Source of the DNA: Epithemia pelagica
Taxonomy: Eukaryota; Protista; Bacillariophyta
DNA: 64,000 nucleotides
Assembly: GCA_946965045.2 (NCBI GenBank)
Contig: OX337235.1
Location: forward strand, 248,001 to 312,000
Reading direction: 5' to 3'
Shown: in pieces, positions 1 to 11,972 of the stretch
Layout: every line of letters begins with the position of its first letter
Position numbering within the stretch: position 1 is the first letter of the stretch
Position numbers and translations under genes: made by a program
Notes under the pieces: generated by a model
Database searches by the model: none
What the model was told of the DNA's origin: nothing
What the model saw: the letters and a program-made list of their open reading frames with translations, nothing else

Positions 1-180
1 GAATTTGAACGTCCATACCACTCTCTCTACATTTCAAAGAGAGAACACGGTGTCACGCACAGAATGGTTGGGATTCGACCAACCTGCTTCGGATTGGTTT
101 GCTTGGGGTTCGGAAACAAGCACAACATGGTAGGGAATGGCCTTTGTGGATCGGAGAAATATGATACCACCCACACTAAC

Positions 181-475
181 TGTTGTACGATGCAAGGATG
201 CCGTCAGCTTCGTCGCTTTTGTCGTAGATGTAAAACGTAATTTTACTTTACTATCTTGACTATCTCCAAAGAATGAGCTCTCGTCTTTTTCGCCTTGCTC
301 GTCTTTGGTTTTCCGTATTTCACCACGTCAGCGAACGTAACGCGCTTACCTTCTCGCTTGCGTGATTGTTCGTGACTCCTTCGATAAGTAGTTCTTGTCA
401 TTGTCCCAGCTTGGTCGCCGGGTGGCTCTGAGGACTCGTGGATCATTTTTTTCGTCTTCGTCATTATTTCCAACA
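181..475 (-). repeat. 3' LTR of copia element 1 (295 bp)
   Basis: TGTTGTACG...TTCCAACA. A purine tract GAGGAGCG precedes it on the minus strand. It differs from the reassembled 5' LTR by 8 substitutions and one 4-bp indel. Confidence 0.95.
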
Positions 476-3400
476 CGCTCCTCATGAGTCGAGGAGTCGC
501 ACGGGGAGCCTTGCAGGGAATCGATGGGCTTGTGTCCGAGTAATACGTCTCTGAACTTGATGAAAAGACTCCCTTGTAGTGGTTTTGTGTAAAAATCCGC
601 TAACATTTCCTCCGTTGGGCAGTAATGGATGTCGATATTTTCTTGTTCGATTCGGTCTTTTGTAAAGAAATATCTGATTTCCACATGGCGCGACTGCTTC
701 CCCGCTGAAGCTCTTCCGTTTTTCTCTAGTTTGATTGCACTCTGGTTGTCCTGGGCGAATTTTGTGCTTGCTATCTTGTATCCTTGGGCCTCGAGGAATC
801 GTTTGGCCCATATCGTGTTTGGGAGGTAGTCACTTGCACCCACAACCTCGGCCTCAGTCGAGCTCTTAGTATTGAGCTTCTGCTTTCTTGATTTTGCGAT
901 GATAGCACCTCGCCCAAGGGACATTACACCGCCTGTGTGGCTGCGCATGTTGTCATGTACGGCGAATGATGCGTCGACCCATGTCTTGAGATGGGGTACA
1001 TTGTCTGCTCCGACAATGTATTCCAATTCTTTGGTAGCATACAGATATTGGAGCACTCGTTTCAATTTGGCCCAATCGTCGACGGTACATTTGGCAACTC
1101 GGGTGCACAAGAACGCGATGGCCGTTTGGATGTCTATACGGGCACGTTGTGACAGGTAGAGTAATTTTGCCACGATACTGTGAAATTTGTCCTTCTTTTC
1201 TTTGCTGAGCATCGGTGAATTCTTCTTGATTGTGAAAAGTCCTTTCCTCGCAGGTGTTGATGCTCCTTGTGTGACATCCTCGCCAAACATGTCGATTGCT
1301 TCGTCGATGTATTGTGGCATGATGATGCTGACCGTGCCGTTGTCGTTGATTGTAATCTTCATTCCCAAATAGGTGTGTTCTTTTCCTCTACACACCAACA
1401 TCTTCCCGAATTTTGCTTCGATTGCTGCCACGACATCTTCGATTACCTTCTCTTCCACGTGCGATGCTTTCAGATCATCCACGTACCAGGTTACATTGCA
1501 TTGACGTCCGTTGATCATTTTGTTGGCCACGCATGGGTCGTACGGGTTTAGTTCGAAACCCATCTCTTTCAGCGTTGTGGAGAACAACTCGTACCACAGT
1601 AGTGCAGATTGAACGCATCCATACAGTGCTTTGTTGAGTCGTACGTGGAGTACCTTGGTTTTTCCTTCCATGACGACGAACTTTTTGTATTTCTCGTTGA
1701 TCTGGCAGAAGATGTCCACTACATCACCGGTGAGCTTCATTAATACGTAATCGCGCATAAAAGCATTAAGGTATGCCCCAGCGATGTCAGCGGTGATGAC
1801 TTTCCGTCGTTCAATTGCGTCAATGATCAGTGACATGATCAGGGTGTCTGCTGACAGGGCTGGTGAAGCAGTCTCACTTTTATTGTAGTGTGGTTGCTGG
1901 GACCGTCCGTCCGCGCACGATCGTCCCTTGATCTTGCCACAGCGTTTCTCTTTGATCACGTTGACTGATCTGAGGGCTGCCTTCTTCTGTTGTGCCGTAA
2001 GCTTTGATGCGTCCTGGGGATCGAATGTATCTTGATTATCCAATTGTGTGAATTCCTTGAGAAGTGCGTCTATGGCTTTTTGACCATGTTTCTTGATGCC
2101 TGCTTGGGCAGACATTTGGGTGAATATGAAGTGGGCCACCAAGGAATGGATCGGTTTCCGTTCGATCACGTTGGTTGTCGCGTGACGGATCACACGTTGG
2201 AGAAATTGCATATGCATGTATGATGTGCTACCGTCCGCGGTGTCCATTTGGTGGTCAAGTCTGTGACTGTAGGAGCGTGTCCGGCCGCTCCTCAAATTGT
2301 ACTCGCGTTGAGGCATGTCGTCCTCGGACATGGCGGTTGCTTCGCCATCGCCGTCTTCATCGTTATGCTCGTCATAATCGTTCGCTCCTTCATCTTCATC
2401 CTGATACTCTTGTGCATGGTGCGCTCCTTCATCTTCGTCGGGTTCATTCGCTCCTTCATCTTCATCCATTTCACTATGCGCTCCTTCTTCTTCTTCAATT
2501 TCACTATGCGCTCCTTCTTCTTCAATTTCCCCGTGATCATCGTCGTCGTCGATATCATCGTTGTTGTCTTCATCGTCTGTTGTTGAAACCATTGGTGGCT
2601 CGTCGTCATCATCTTCATCTGATGCCGGTGGTTTGTCACTGCTTGACTCGACATCGTTTTCGTTGGGATCAGAGTCGTCGCTGTTCCCGTCGTTGGGTTC
2701 TTCTTCCGGTTCTTCGTCCGATTCGTCGTCATTCAAAAGGTCATCGTTGTCGTTGGGTACCTCATCGTTGTCGTCAATGATGGGGATGTTCGGGGCCCAT
2801 TCAAAAACCAGCTCACCATCAATGAGTGGTTGGTCTTGCTGTTCAGCCAATTCTTCGACACGGTCGATTACCGCTTGTGTAATGGGGAGCTCTGTCCACT
2901 GTTGGCGTGTGACGCGAGCACCTGTGTCTAAGGATAGGAAGTAGTAACTCCCTTGGGTGTTGCCAGTCGGGTTGAGTGCAATGGCGCCAATGGTTCGCGG
3001 GGCTGCTGTGTTTGTTCTTCGTCTTTCTTCAAATATTTGGGCATAATGGCCGAATTCGATGCGCATGTTGTTAAAATCCGGGTCAGGTAGGCCCGTCACT
3101 ATTTTCCGTGGGCTCATGGTGGTGGACACGCCCTTTCTGCTTGGTAGTTGGCTGAGAGTGCGGACGGCATGCGCCACGATTTCTCGCACTAGTAGGGACG
3201 GGTAGCGTCGGTACGGTAGGCCATGTACTAGAGCTGGGACCCTCTCCTTAATGGTCCTGATGGATTGCTCAACTTGTCCGACATGGTCGTCAGCGGCAAC
3301 GATGTTTGATAGGACGGGGAGAATTCTCTGTTGGATTGGTGCAAATTCGTTATCTGCGTGGAAATCCGTGACTTCGAAACCTCTGGCATGATACATGTTG

Positions 3401-5549
3401 ATGACGTCCTTAATTTCCTTCTCGAGAGTTGCTTTGCGTCGATTGGAGATTGCTGCAACGGTGCGGAAATGGAGGTGCTTGGAAATGGTGTGACAGAAAA
3501 TGTGGCCTTGGACGTAGAAATTGTCCGCGCATATCGTCACGCGTCGGTGTTCGTTCTTGATTTTGGTAGGGATGTCCGTTGGAACTACTTGTGGTGCAGC
3601 GGGTGTCGGTTGCTTTACGGTTTTGCCTTTGATGGTGGCGGGGTCTGGTCCGTAAATTTTGAGGGCTTGTTTGGCATCTTCGGGGGTGACGGGACAGTTT
3701 TGGACGACATTGTTTGCCAGTGCGTCGAGGAAATCGCGTTGGGAGGGTCGACCGAGTTGCCTGTAAAGAGTACGGGCACGAGGAGGGTCGACCGAGTTGC
3801 CTGTAAAGAGTACGACGATCCGCTCCTTCGACCTCACGGGGGGAATACCCAGACGCACTATTGAGAAAAAGATAAGGGGCAGAAGTGGAATTAATAGAGT
3901 TAGTGGGATCGTTCACATCAAAATAATAGAGACCCATGGGGTTCTCTTTGAAAAGCATTACCGAACCATCCTTCCGGTGCACAGCAATGGCGGAGGCACC
4001 AGCAGTGTCCATGGTGACACGGCACCGCTGACGGACAGCGGCAAGGGATAGGATGTTGGCCAGAGATTGTGGGTTGAACCATACTTCGCCAAAATTGGGG
4101 ATGTCCCCAACAAGACGAGAGATTTGGGAACCGCCGTTGGTGTAGACCGTGAGGGGGGAGGCGGCAGGGCGGATGTTTTGGAGCAAGGTGGCATTTCGGA
4201 AAACGGACACTGTGGACTGGCTGTCCAACAAAACCCAAGAATCGGGTACAGCAACATGGCGTGATTGCGAGAAACAACAATCAAAATGCAGAAAGGTGAC
4301 GTTGTGGACGGGACCATGGCTCTGGAGCATGGTAACCCCAGTGGCTGCCTCGTTGTTATCGGCCCGATGCGGACACTGGCTTGCATAGTGACCAGGACCC
4401 TGGCAATGGAAGCAGATGATGGCTTCATGCAGAATTCCGTCGAGGCCAGGGATGGGAGCGGTTGTTGTTTGGGCAAACTGGAGCCCACTGCTGGTTGAAG
4501 ATTGTCCTTGTTGCTGATTTTGTGGTTGGCGTTTGTGGTTGGCGGGGTCCGCGATAACTCACCAACATACCGTATGCTGCCGTAACGTCGACGGGGTACT
4601 GATCCGTCCCACGGGTGAATTGGTTCTCCAATTCGATAAGAAGATTTCCAAACCGTTTCCTATCCGCTCCCTTCAGGAACTGGATAGCCAGGGCACGATC
4701 ACGACTCATGCGTTTCTTCGTTTCGGAGGTTGTCGTGACGTCGGGGTCCAAATATTTGACAATGAGATCCTGTGATCCTTTGTCTACTCCAACTGAGCCT
4801 CCATAATGTTCAAGGACATCGATGTTTTCCTTGAATTGATGCAGGTAATCCGAGAGAGCTTCATCTGGTTGCTGCCGGTGGAGGTAAAAATTGGTGTACG
4901 CGTCGTTCAGAGACGCATACCCATATCGTTTTTCTTCAAATTTGTGCCTGATCCCTTTGATCTGGGTCAGCAACCAAGCACAATCGCAAGCTAGTCGGGA
5001 GGCGTCATACTTTTCTAGTCCTTGTAGTTTGGCTTTCATAGCCTCGCTGCACTGCCCCCAGATTATGGCATAGGCTGCTTGCAAATTACTCTTGAGTATT
5101 TCGCATCGAGTAACATAGGCGGCGACTTGTTTCTCGAAGATTGCAATCTTCAAACGACTCTTCTCTTCGTCTGGGAGATCGGCTGGCTCTTGAACGGACG
5201 GATTCTTCAAATCTCGGGTAAGAACCACCATGTCGCCCGCATGCTTGAACGTCTTCGCGAAGTGTTCCTCTAATGCTTCCAGTGTTCGGGTGAACTGTCG
5301 CTTGTCATTGCATTCATGGAAGACTTGAAACACGTGGCCGTTCATACCTTCCGCGTTGCCCTTGAATAAATTACTACTCGTGTGGCCTCCTCTGCCTCCA
5401 CGACCTCCGCGTCCACCACGTCCTCTTCCTTTTCCACGGCCTCTTCCTCCTCGGCCTGGACCACCAGCACCACGCCCTTCAGGCGTAGTACCTGGCGAAC
5501 TGGGGGCGCCGTCCTGGCTGGACGGGTTGGACGCGTCCGAACTGCTCAT
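346..5549 (-). pseudogene. Copia gag-pol polyprotein broken by two frameshifts
   Basis: Gag 4425-5549 (RGG-rich N-terminus). CCHC knuckle CFHCQGPGHYASQC and protease LLDSQS lie in the 3410-4330 frame. Integrase, RT (ADIAGAYL, WYVDD) and RNase H (WVDASF, STEAE, QDNQSA, LADFYTK) lie in 346-3858. The frameshifts coincide with tandem duplications at 4519-4544 and 3742-3818. Confidence 0.93.
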
Positions 5550-6192
5550 CCTTCTCTGCTAAGAGATATCGGATGTTGTTCTTGCCTCGTCAAACGTCCT
5601 GACCACTATCCGTGTGGACGATTACTTGGTATGCGGTGACTCGGGCAACGACACCCGTGCCGTCACGAATGGTTGGTGCTTCTCCGACGTGGAGTGAAGC
5701 GGGATTGATGATGCAAACTATGTCTCCCCCTCGGAAAGCCCTCCTTTTCTTGTGGATGATGTACCGCTTCCCTGAAACCGCTGAGGTCCACAAGGTGCAG
5801 CCACTTTTCAATGCCGAGAGTTCCGCTCCTTCGTTCTCCAAATAAAAGGTGGTATCGCCGTCCGACTCTTGTCCTCGAGATTGTTGGTGACGAATGACTC
5901 CAACGACTTCCACGCTTGAACTGGCCACACTGGATGCAGTGGGCGATGGCCGTTGATACTTGTTTCCTCTCTGCGCGGCCGCCGGTTTCTTCTCCGACTG
6001 GCTGCCTTCTTCACTGTCGCCTGTCTCCTACCCTCCGGGCTGGGACTTTGCCCCAGTGGCAACCCGTGTCGCTTCAACGATGGGGACTTCCCGGATGCTC
6101 TTGATTCGGGCAAGCACTTCTCTCTGTCGAGTTGTGAGTTCTTCGAGTTCTTGGATGAGTTTGTCGATCTCTTGCTTGTTTGGGCTGGACAT
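5479..6192 (-). pseudogene. Extra ORF (ORF0) upstream of gag in copia element 1: coiled coil plus KOW/SH3-like domain, two in-frame stops
   Basis: Track ORFs 6028-6270 and 5590-5928 are in one frame, with stops TAG (6028) and TGA (5590). Read-through gives MSSPNKQEIDKLIQELEEL...GDIVCIINP...GTGVVARVTAYQVIVHTDSGQDV*RGKNNIRYL. Confidence 0.6.
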
Positions 6193-6255
6193 GGAAAATG
6201 CGTTGATGCGCTTGAAAAGACAGTTTGTAAGATTTCGTGTTTTCTTTGGAGATAA

Positions 6256-6371
6256 TGTTGTACGATGCAAGGATGCCGTCAGCTTCGTCGCTATCGTCGT
6301 AGATGTAAAACGTAATTTTACTTTACTGTCTTGATTATCTCCAAAGAATGAGCTCTCGTATTTTTTGCCTT
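6256..6371 (-). repeat. 5' LTR of copia element 1, part adjoining the internal region
   Basis: Aligns to 181-295. Confidence 0.93.
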
Positions 6372-6503
6372 CAATACCAGCTAACGGTTTTTAGCGGTTT
6401 CCCGTGTACACGTGCCTCCACGGCCAAGTTTCGCGCTGCCCTCACCAAAATGCCGACTGGCGACCTTAAACATAAAATATAGGATCCGAATCCGACTTTC
6501 ATT

Positions 6504-8246
6504 TTGTTAAGAAATAAATGTCCTTTCTGTCGCAACACCATCCACTTTCACCTCATCAATTCTTGCCAAAAGCTCACTCGGAAGCCAACATCCAATGGAG
6601 AACTAATGACGAACGACCCAAATGCAGACGATCAAGATGGTTGTTTGACACAACAATCAAGCACAACTCCTTTGATTCAGATTGACAACTACAAAAGACG
6701 TTCTTTGTATCCTAAATCCACCATGTTTCGGAGTGTACCGGACATCAACAAGCCGCCTTTCTACGTAAAGAGACTCGACGATCACCTCCGCATCGGGTCG
6801 TTCGTCCACATCCATCTTCCCGGACAGAAAGACGATACGACGATCGCACGCATCCACTCTCGAATCAATGCCTCCGGCCTCAGGTTTGTGTTGTTCCCTC
6901 CTTTGTTTCCCCGCTACAATCTAAATGACCAGTCTCACCCCAAACTGCCCAAGCACAATTACACCAGGGTGATGCTGGGCCTCGGTTCACGAAACACGGA
7001 ACTGTACAAATCGTCCACTACATTTGACGTCGTAGAAGATGCCTCCTCCGTTATTTCCCACCCGGCTTTTGTATTTTCCCTACATGAATTCAAGTCTCCC
7101 AAGAACATTTGGACTGAAGGCCTTGACAATTTCTTCTTTGTTCGTTTCCGGATGCCCATCATTGACAGTGATCCTCCGGTTGGTTGTCTACATCCATTAG
7201 AGGAGAAGACAAAGCTTTGCTTTCCGAACGAGCACGCTTGTCGTTTCATTGTGGATAAGGCAGTTCGTCCCCCAAGATGCTTTCACCAGTCATCTTTTGT
7301 TGGCTTATTCCTTCTTCGCGAGGCTCTCGTGAAATTGTTGAACAAATCTTCGGGCCAGGCCGAGGAACACGAAGTGACTGGCGATACCATTGGCCTCGTA
7401 CCTACAGAAACCTGGACCTATATTGTCCAGCTTTGTCGAATCCAAGGCATAGACATCCATACAACCAAGAGTTCTGCGTCCTATCTCGATATCGACCCTA
7501 AGTTCACCAGGAAGAAAGTAAAGATGAGCTACCCTACCACCATTATTCGGTTTCGGAGTTCTGACGACCTCCAGTTCTTACGAGGCTTGCTTGGATTCGG
7601 CAGTACTTATGGATGTACCGATCGCAAACCCACTCTTGCCGACGGTCCCAATGGAACTTCCCTCAAGCCCGAGCACCGTGTGACACTTGTGAAGGGATCT
7701 ACATCCGAGGAAAAAGAAAATTTCAAGGTCAGATCTCGTGACCAGCGAGTTGACCTTTGTTGGTCCGACTTTCATTGTCGCGTTGTAGTGGGATACGAGC
7801 AGTATCAGTACTCCCTTGACCACAAGGGAAAGCTCAAGAATGACCCTCCCACTGAGGACCTCAAGAACATTCTCCAAGGAACACCAACATCATCTGACGA
7901 TAAGACTGACACGACCGATGTCTACCAACATGAACCCTCCGACACCACCGAGAGTGATTCCGAGCCCTCTAAAGCACCAAGCCCTGCTTCACCTAACAAA
8001 ATTGCCAAGTCGACTGCCCAAGACTCCCCCAGTAGCCGTATCAAGATCGGCCACCAGTTCACTGACTGGGACGAGCAAAACGTGTATGAGGTCATAGCAG
8101 TCAATCGTAACGAGAATGGCCCGTTTGTTGTGTCTCGTATTATCGGCGGAGTGTTCTACGACCACGACCTCCCCATGGATCAACAAGAGATTCATAAATG
8201 GGAAGATGCTGACGAGGTCCTTCTCCTAATTCGTCAGTTCAACTAG
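6504..8246 (+). CDS. Transposon-borne protein with an N-terminal BAH-like domain (580 aa ORF; true start may be 6606)
   Basis: Uninterrupted ORF inside the TIRs. Ordered BAH-like motifs: RIGSFVHI, IARI, ELYKS, ISHPAFVFSLHEF, DNFFFVRF (about aa 95-216). The remainder is unrecognised. Confidence 0.7.
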   Translation: MLRNKCPFCRNTIHFHLINSCQKLTRKPTSNGELMTNDPNADDQDGCLTQQSSTTPLIQIDNYKRRSLYPKSTMFRSVPDINKPPFYVKRLDDHLRIGSFVHIHLPGQKDDTTIARIHSRINASGLRFVLFPPLFPRYNLNDQSHPKLPKHNYTRVMLGLGSRNTELYKSSTTFDVVEDASSVISHPAFVFSLHEFKSPKNIWTEGLDNFFFVRFRMPIIDSDPPVGCLHPLEEKTKLCFPNEHACRFIVDKAVRPPRCFHQSSFVGLFLLREALVKLLNKSSGQAEEHEVTGDTIGLVPTETWTYIVQLCRIQGIDIHTTKSSASYLDIDPKFTRKKVKMSYPTTIIRFRSSDDLQFLRGLLGFGSTYGCTDRKPTLADGPNGTSLKPEHRVTLVKGSTSEEKENFKVRSRDQRVDLCWSDFHCRVVVGYEQYQYSLDHKGKLKNDPPTEDLKNILQGTPTSSDDKTDTTDVYQHEPSDTTESDSEPSKAPSPASPNKIAKSTAQDSPSSRIKIGHQFTDWDEQNVYEVIAVNRNENGPFVVSRIIGGVFYDHDLPMDQQEIHKWEDADEVLLLIRQFN

Positions 8247-8297
8247 TTTGCAATAAGATATATAAGAATTTAGTGTCGTTCCATCAAGTGCCTCTCA

Positions 8298-11200
8298 TTA
8301 CTCATTATTTAGATTCTCCAGATCATCATTCTGATCCAATATACGCAACAGGTCCACAGTTCTGAGATTTGCTTCTTCCGGAACTTGTCCGGAAGATTGT
8401 CGCGGCGATTTCTGTTTCGGAGGGAGACCAACTTCCCAGTCATCGACCACTGCCCCCTCCAAGTCCTCCAGTTGAATTGGTCCGTCCTTGTTTGACAAGC
8501 CATACTCCAGTGTCCCCCCATTGTCACGAATCCATTCATCGAATTTTTCTATCTCATCTTGCGACCGATCCAGTTGTTGTTTTATCTCTTCCTCAGTGGT
8601 TCCAATGAGGAACACCATTCGGCGCTGCAACCATCGAGCCATTGACCGCAACCTACTCTTCTCCGCCGTTCACCAATTCCCCGCACCTCCTCTCTCCTTT
8701 TAAACAAACTGTTAGAGGCTATAACACATAGGAGGTCAGCCGTCAGTTGATGGAGCCCTCAGTCAAATACACCGTTGTGGATTGAACTTACCTTCCCAGC
8801 CTTGTTGACTATGCAACCATAAGTTACGCCAATGCAATAGATATTCCATGCAATGGCCACTACCCAGCATATGGGCGTAGTTTGATATCCCCTCGACTCC
8901 ATACAATGAGCACCAATCTCTGTAGAAGTAGTCGATGTCTTTCTGAAAAGCAAAGATCTCACTGTCCGACATTTCATGTCGGACGTTCACTTTCTTCAGA
9001 CCCTCCCTGAAATAGTAGATTGCAGACTTAAAGAGGGCGGCCTTCTCGTTATCCACAAAGCAACAATCAATCAACAGCTCGAATTTGATGAGGAGCTTTC
9101 GAATCCTCACGTTATCCATTGTAATGTCTCCAATCTTGCAAGTTTTGGTGTCGTATGGCACTGTCCATTGGGTTGGTTGGTCCTCCGATCCCAGAATTGT
9201 TGAATTCATAATGCCATTGACCTTGCTGACAAATGCAGCACATCGGTCTTCCTTTGTTGTTGTTGTAGGAGGCATCCACTCCAATTCAACGCCGTCCTTT
9301 GGATTGATAGCGTTGTTCATCCCCGTCTTTAGCACCATGGTCAGAAACTTGATCCCCATTCGATTCTCGAGATGGAGCAAGCATGGAATGGCGTCCATCA
9401 TAAGCACGATGGCAATACGCTTCTGGGAGGCCTTGGCATTGTCCAGACATTCCAATGCTCTTTTATAGGACCATTCCTTGACTCTCTGATTCTATAAACG
9501 ATCCTGTCGTTCCTCCAACGATCCTGTCATTTGGAGTCGACGCAACCTCAAATCTGAAGTGACCAGTCGAGAATACTCCTGCCTCTGCTCCTGTGTCGCC
9601 CGGTTCAAGTCAAATTGGATCGAAAGGATATCGTTGGCTTGCATCTCCGTTGCAACAATATTAGGATCGTCTTGCATCGACAGTTCGCTCTGCTCCTCAA
9701 GCAAAGCAAGGTCTTTAGCGATTAGAGGCAGGGGACCATTACCGAAGTCGTTGACCTCTTTCTTCAAGGTTGCAGTATGCTCTTCAGTGAGCATCTTTAC
9801 ATGGCGGCAAATCCAAGATGGGTCATGATGATGATCCAATTGAGTACAGGTCTTGCACTTGTCTGGTTTTATCCCCGACGGTTGGCACAGCTGTCCACTG
9901 TGAATGGCACATTTAGAACAGGGATAAGTATGCTGCTTGGCGGCACCCCCTCGTCCACTGAGTTCCCAATCACATTTCATATCACAATTGAAGCAGAGTG
10001 TAGGTTTCTTTTTCTTATGTGCCTTGGATACAACTCCAACGGCTTCCTTGATTTCTTCCAAGGTTCTTGCAAAAACTCCAACCACGTTCTCAGTCGTTTC
10101 TGGCATTGCCACACATCCAACGGGAAAGACTGATTGTTGTGACTGCGCATATGCGTTGGATGGATCATTGAATTTGATACCAACCAAGGTGTGTGACAAA
10201 TTCTTAGTAAATTGTGCGCCATCAAGACTGGCAGCGATTCGTATCGACCTCACCACGGCCTCGGAGTTTAGAAGATGACCAGCCTTCAGAAGACAAAGGA
10301 GTACATCGGCTGCACGAAAAGCAACACCTTCGGTGCCATTTTTCGAGCTTGTCTTCATGATGAAGGGACAGATGTTGCGTCCAAAGCTCTCTACCAAAGC
10401 AGCGTAGGCTTTCATACAACCAGAACTAGGTAGAAGCGTCTTCTCTCTAGGAACACCATCTGTCTCTACGGAACGCAGTAGTTCGATACCTTCGTAGTTC
10501 AGTACACCACCCCCCCCCCCCCGAAGATCCATTTGTTTCAGTACACGGTGGGGGGTATAGATATTCTGCCTTACATAGTCTCGAAAGACTGAGTAAGAAC
10601 ATTGCTTGAGTTGCCCTTCGTGGACGCTCTCGTCGAGACACAACTCTGCGACTTGGCCGTAGAAATACTTCAAAGCACGACTATTACTACTCCGGATGTT
10701 CTTGGTTGCATCTTCAATGACACTCCTGATATGTTGTACGAGGGTGTCTGCCTGGTCATTCGATGTGACACAGGTGGGTAGACGACGACTTTTGCATGTA
10801 GCACAATTTCGTTCGAGTTCTTCTATCTTCTTCTTAGCATCTCGCAGCTTGTTTGATTCGTTGCGAAGCTTCTTGGTTTGAGTCTCTACTTGTTCTTCAG
10901 ATTTTCTAAGACGTTCTTTCAACAGTCTCACTTCTTCCTGTAGTGATAACTCAGAAAGGGAGATTGACGGGTTCAATGGTTGTATGGGCACTGGCATATC
11001 TACAGAAGAATCAACGGCCATCGTAACAGTATTGTCTTATTCAACAGGTGCTTCAGACTCGCTTGATTCCGAATCATTTAACTGATTTCCTTGACTTTCT
11101 ATGGGAGTAGAATCTTCTTCTTGTTCAGGTGGGCCTGTTCCATCATCGACCAATGGTTGAGGTTCTGTTTGCTCTACAGACGAGATTGTACGGTTGTTAT

Positions 11201-11972
11201 CAACGTCATCTTCATCATCCTCTTCTTCAATGTCGGAGAGAGTAGCACTTGGTCCCATAACAGGAGGTTGAAATTGACTTGTAGGTATGGGCTGGGGGTC
11301 ATTTCGCCTCTGCCGTCGATCTTGTCGTCGTTTCTTCTTGTTGATTCTTGGGGGTGGACCATCAGTATATCTATGGGCCGTTGGTTTAATTAAATTACGG
11401 TGCTTGGCAATACATGTGTAGGGACCCTTTTTCCTCTTCCGATTTACCTTGAGCTTTTTGCCAGACTTTTCATCCCAGTCAGCGTTGTCACATTGACCAC
11501 AGAAGAAAAAATCTTCATCCTCCCATTCTTTCAAACGGTTAGATCCGAAAACAGAGCAGGGGACCCAGTCTTCCTTCTTGAAGTCTTCGATGATCTTGTG
11601 GATGCGGCGGAGCTCGAAAACAGTGTCTTCAACGGGTGCATTATCTTCTTGGCGTTGGCTTCTTGTTTGTTTGTTTGGAGATGCCGCAGAGGCAGGAGGT
11701 GGAGGACCGCCTCCTCTCTTTCTCGAGCCACGAGAGGGCTGTCTCCGCGAACGACGTTGTGGTTGTAAGGGAGTTTTAGCTGGTTTCTTCTTGTTCTTTG
11801 TGACTTTCGTTGAGGTGGAACTGATTGGATCACCAGTATTTTCTTTGTTGGCAGAGGTGCTGCAATTCTCTCGCAATGATGAGGGTAGAAATAGGTCGTT
11901 GCTTAGGGGGCAACAGGCGCAGGGATCCATGGTTCCTGTTTCGTTTGCTTGGTGAGAAGAGCATGCAGACAT
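8298..11972 (-). pseudogene. RAG1/Transib-like DDE transposase, decayed
   Basis: ORFs 11037-11972, 9492-11021 and 8763-9455 share one frame, with stops TAA (11037) and TAG (9492). Motifs in RAG1 order: ASLDG (D about 10221), CDMKCDWELSG (D about 9981), YPCSKC, CLLH, NYAHMLGSGH, SQQGWE (E about 8793). A GT-AG intron at 8719-8791 is followed by ASNSLFKR. The 3' part is frameshifted. Confidence 0.8.

Noticed and set aside
2032-2780. Numerous overlapping ORFs antisense to, or out of frame with, long genes (here and throughout the window)
   Set aside because: These are shadows of codon-biased or low-complexity coding sequence.
4425-4549. Programmed gag-pol ribosomal frameshift
   Set aside because: The shift is fully explained by a 13-bp tandem duplication.
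6381-6385. CTAAC just after the first half of the 5' LTR as the copia TSD
   Set aside because: It lies inside the DNA-transposon TIR. The true LTR end and TSD are at 12661 and 12662-12666.
6372-6420. RSS-like heptamer/nonamer in the transposon ends
   Set aside because: No CACAGTG or ACAAAAACC with 12/23 spacing is found at either end.
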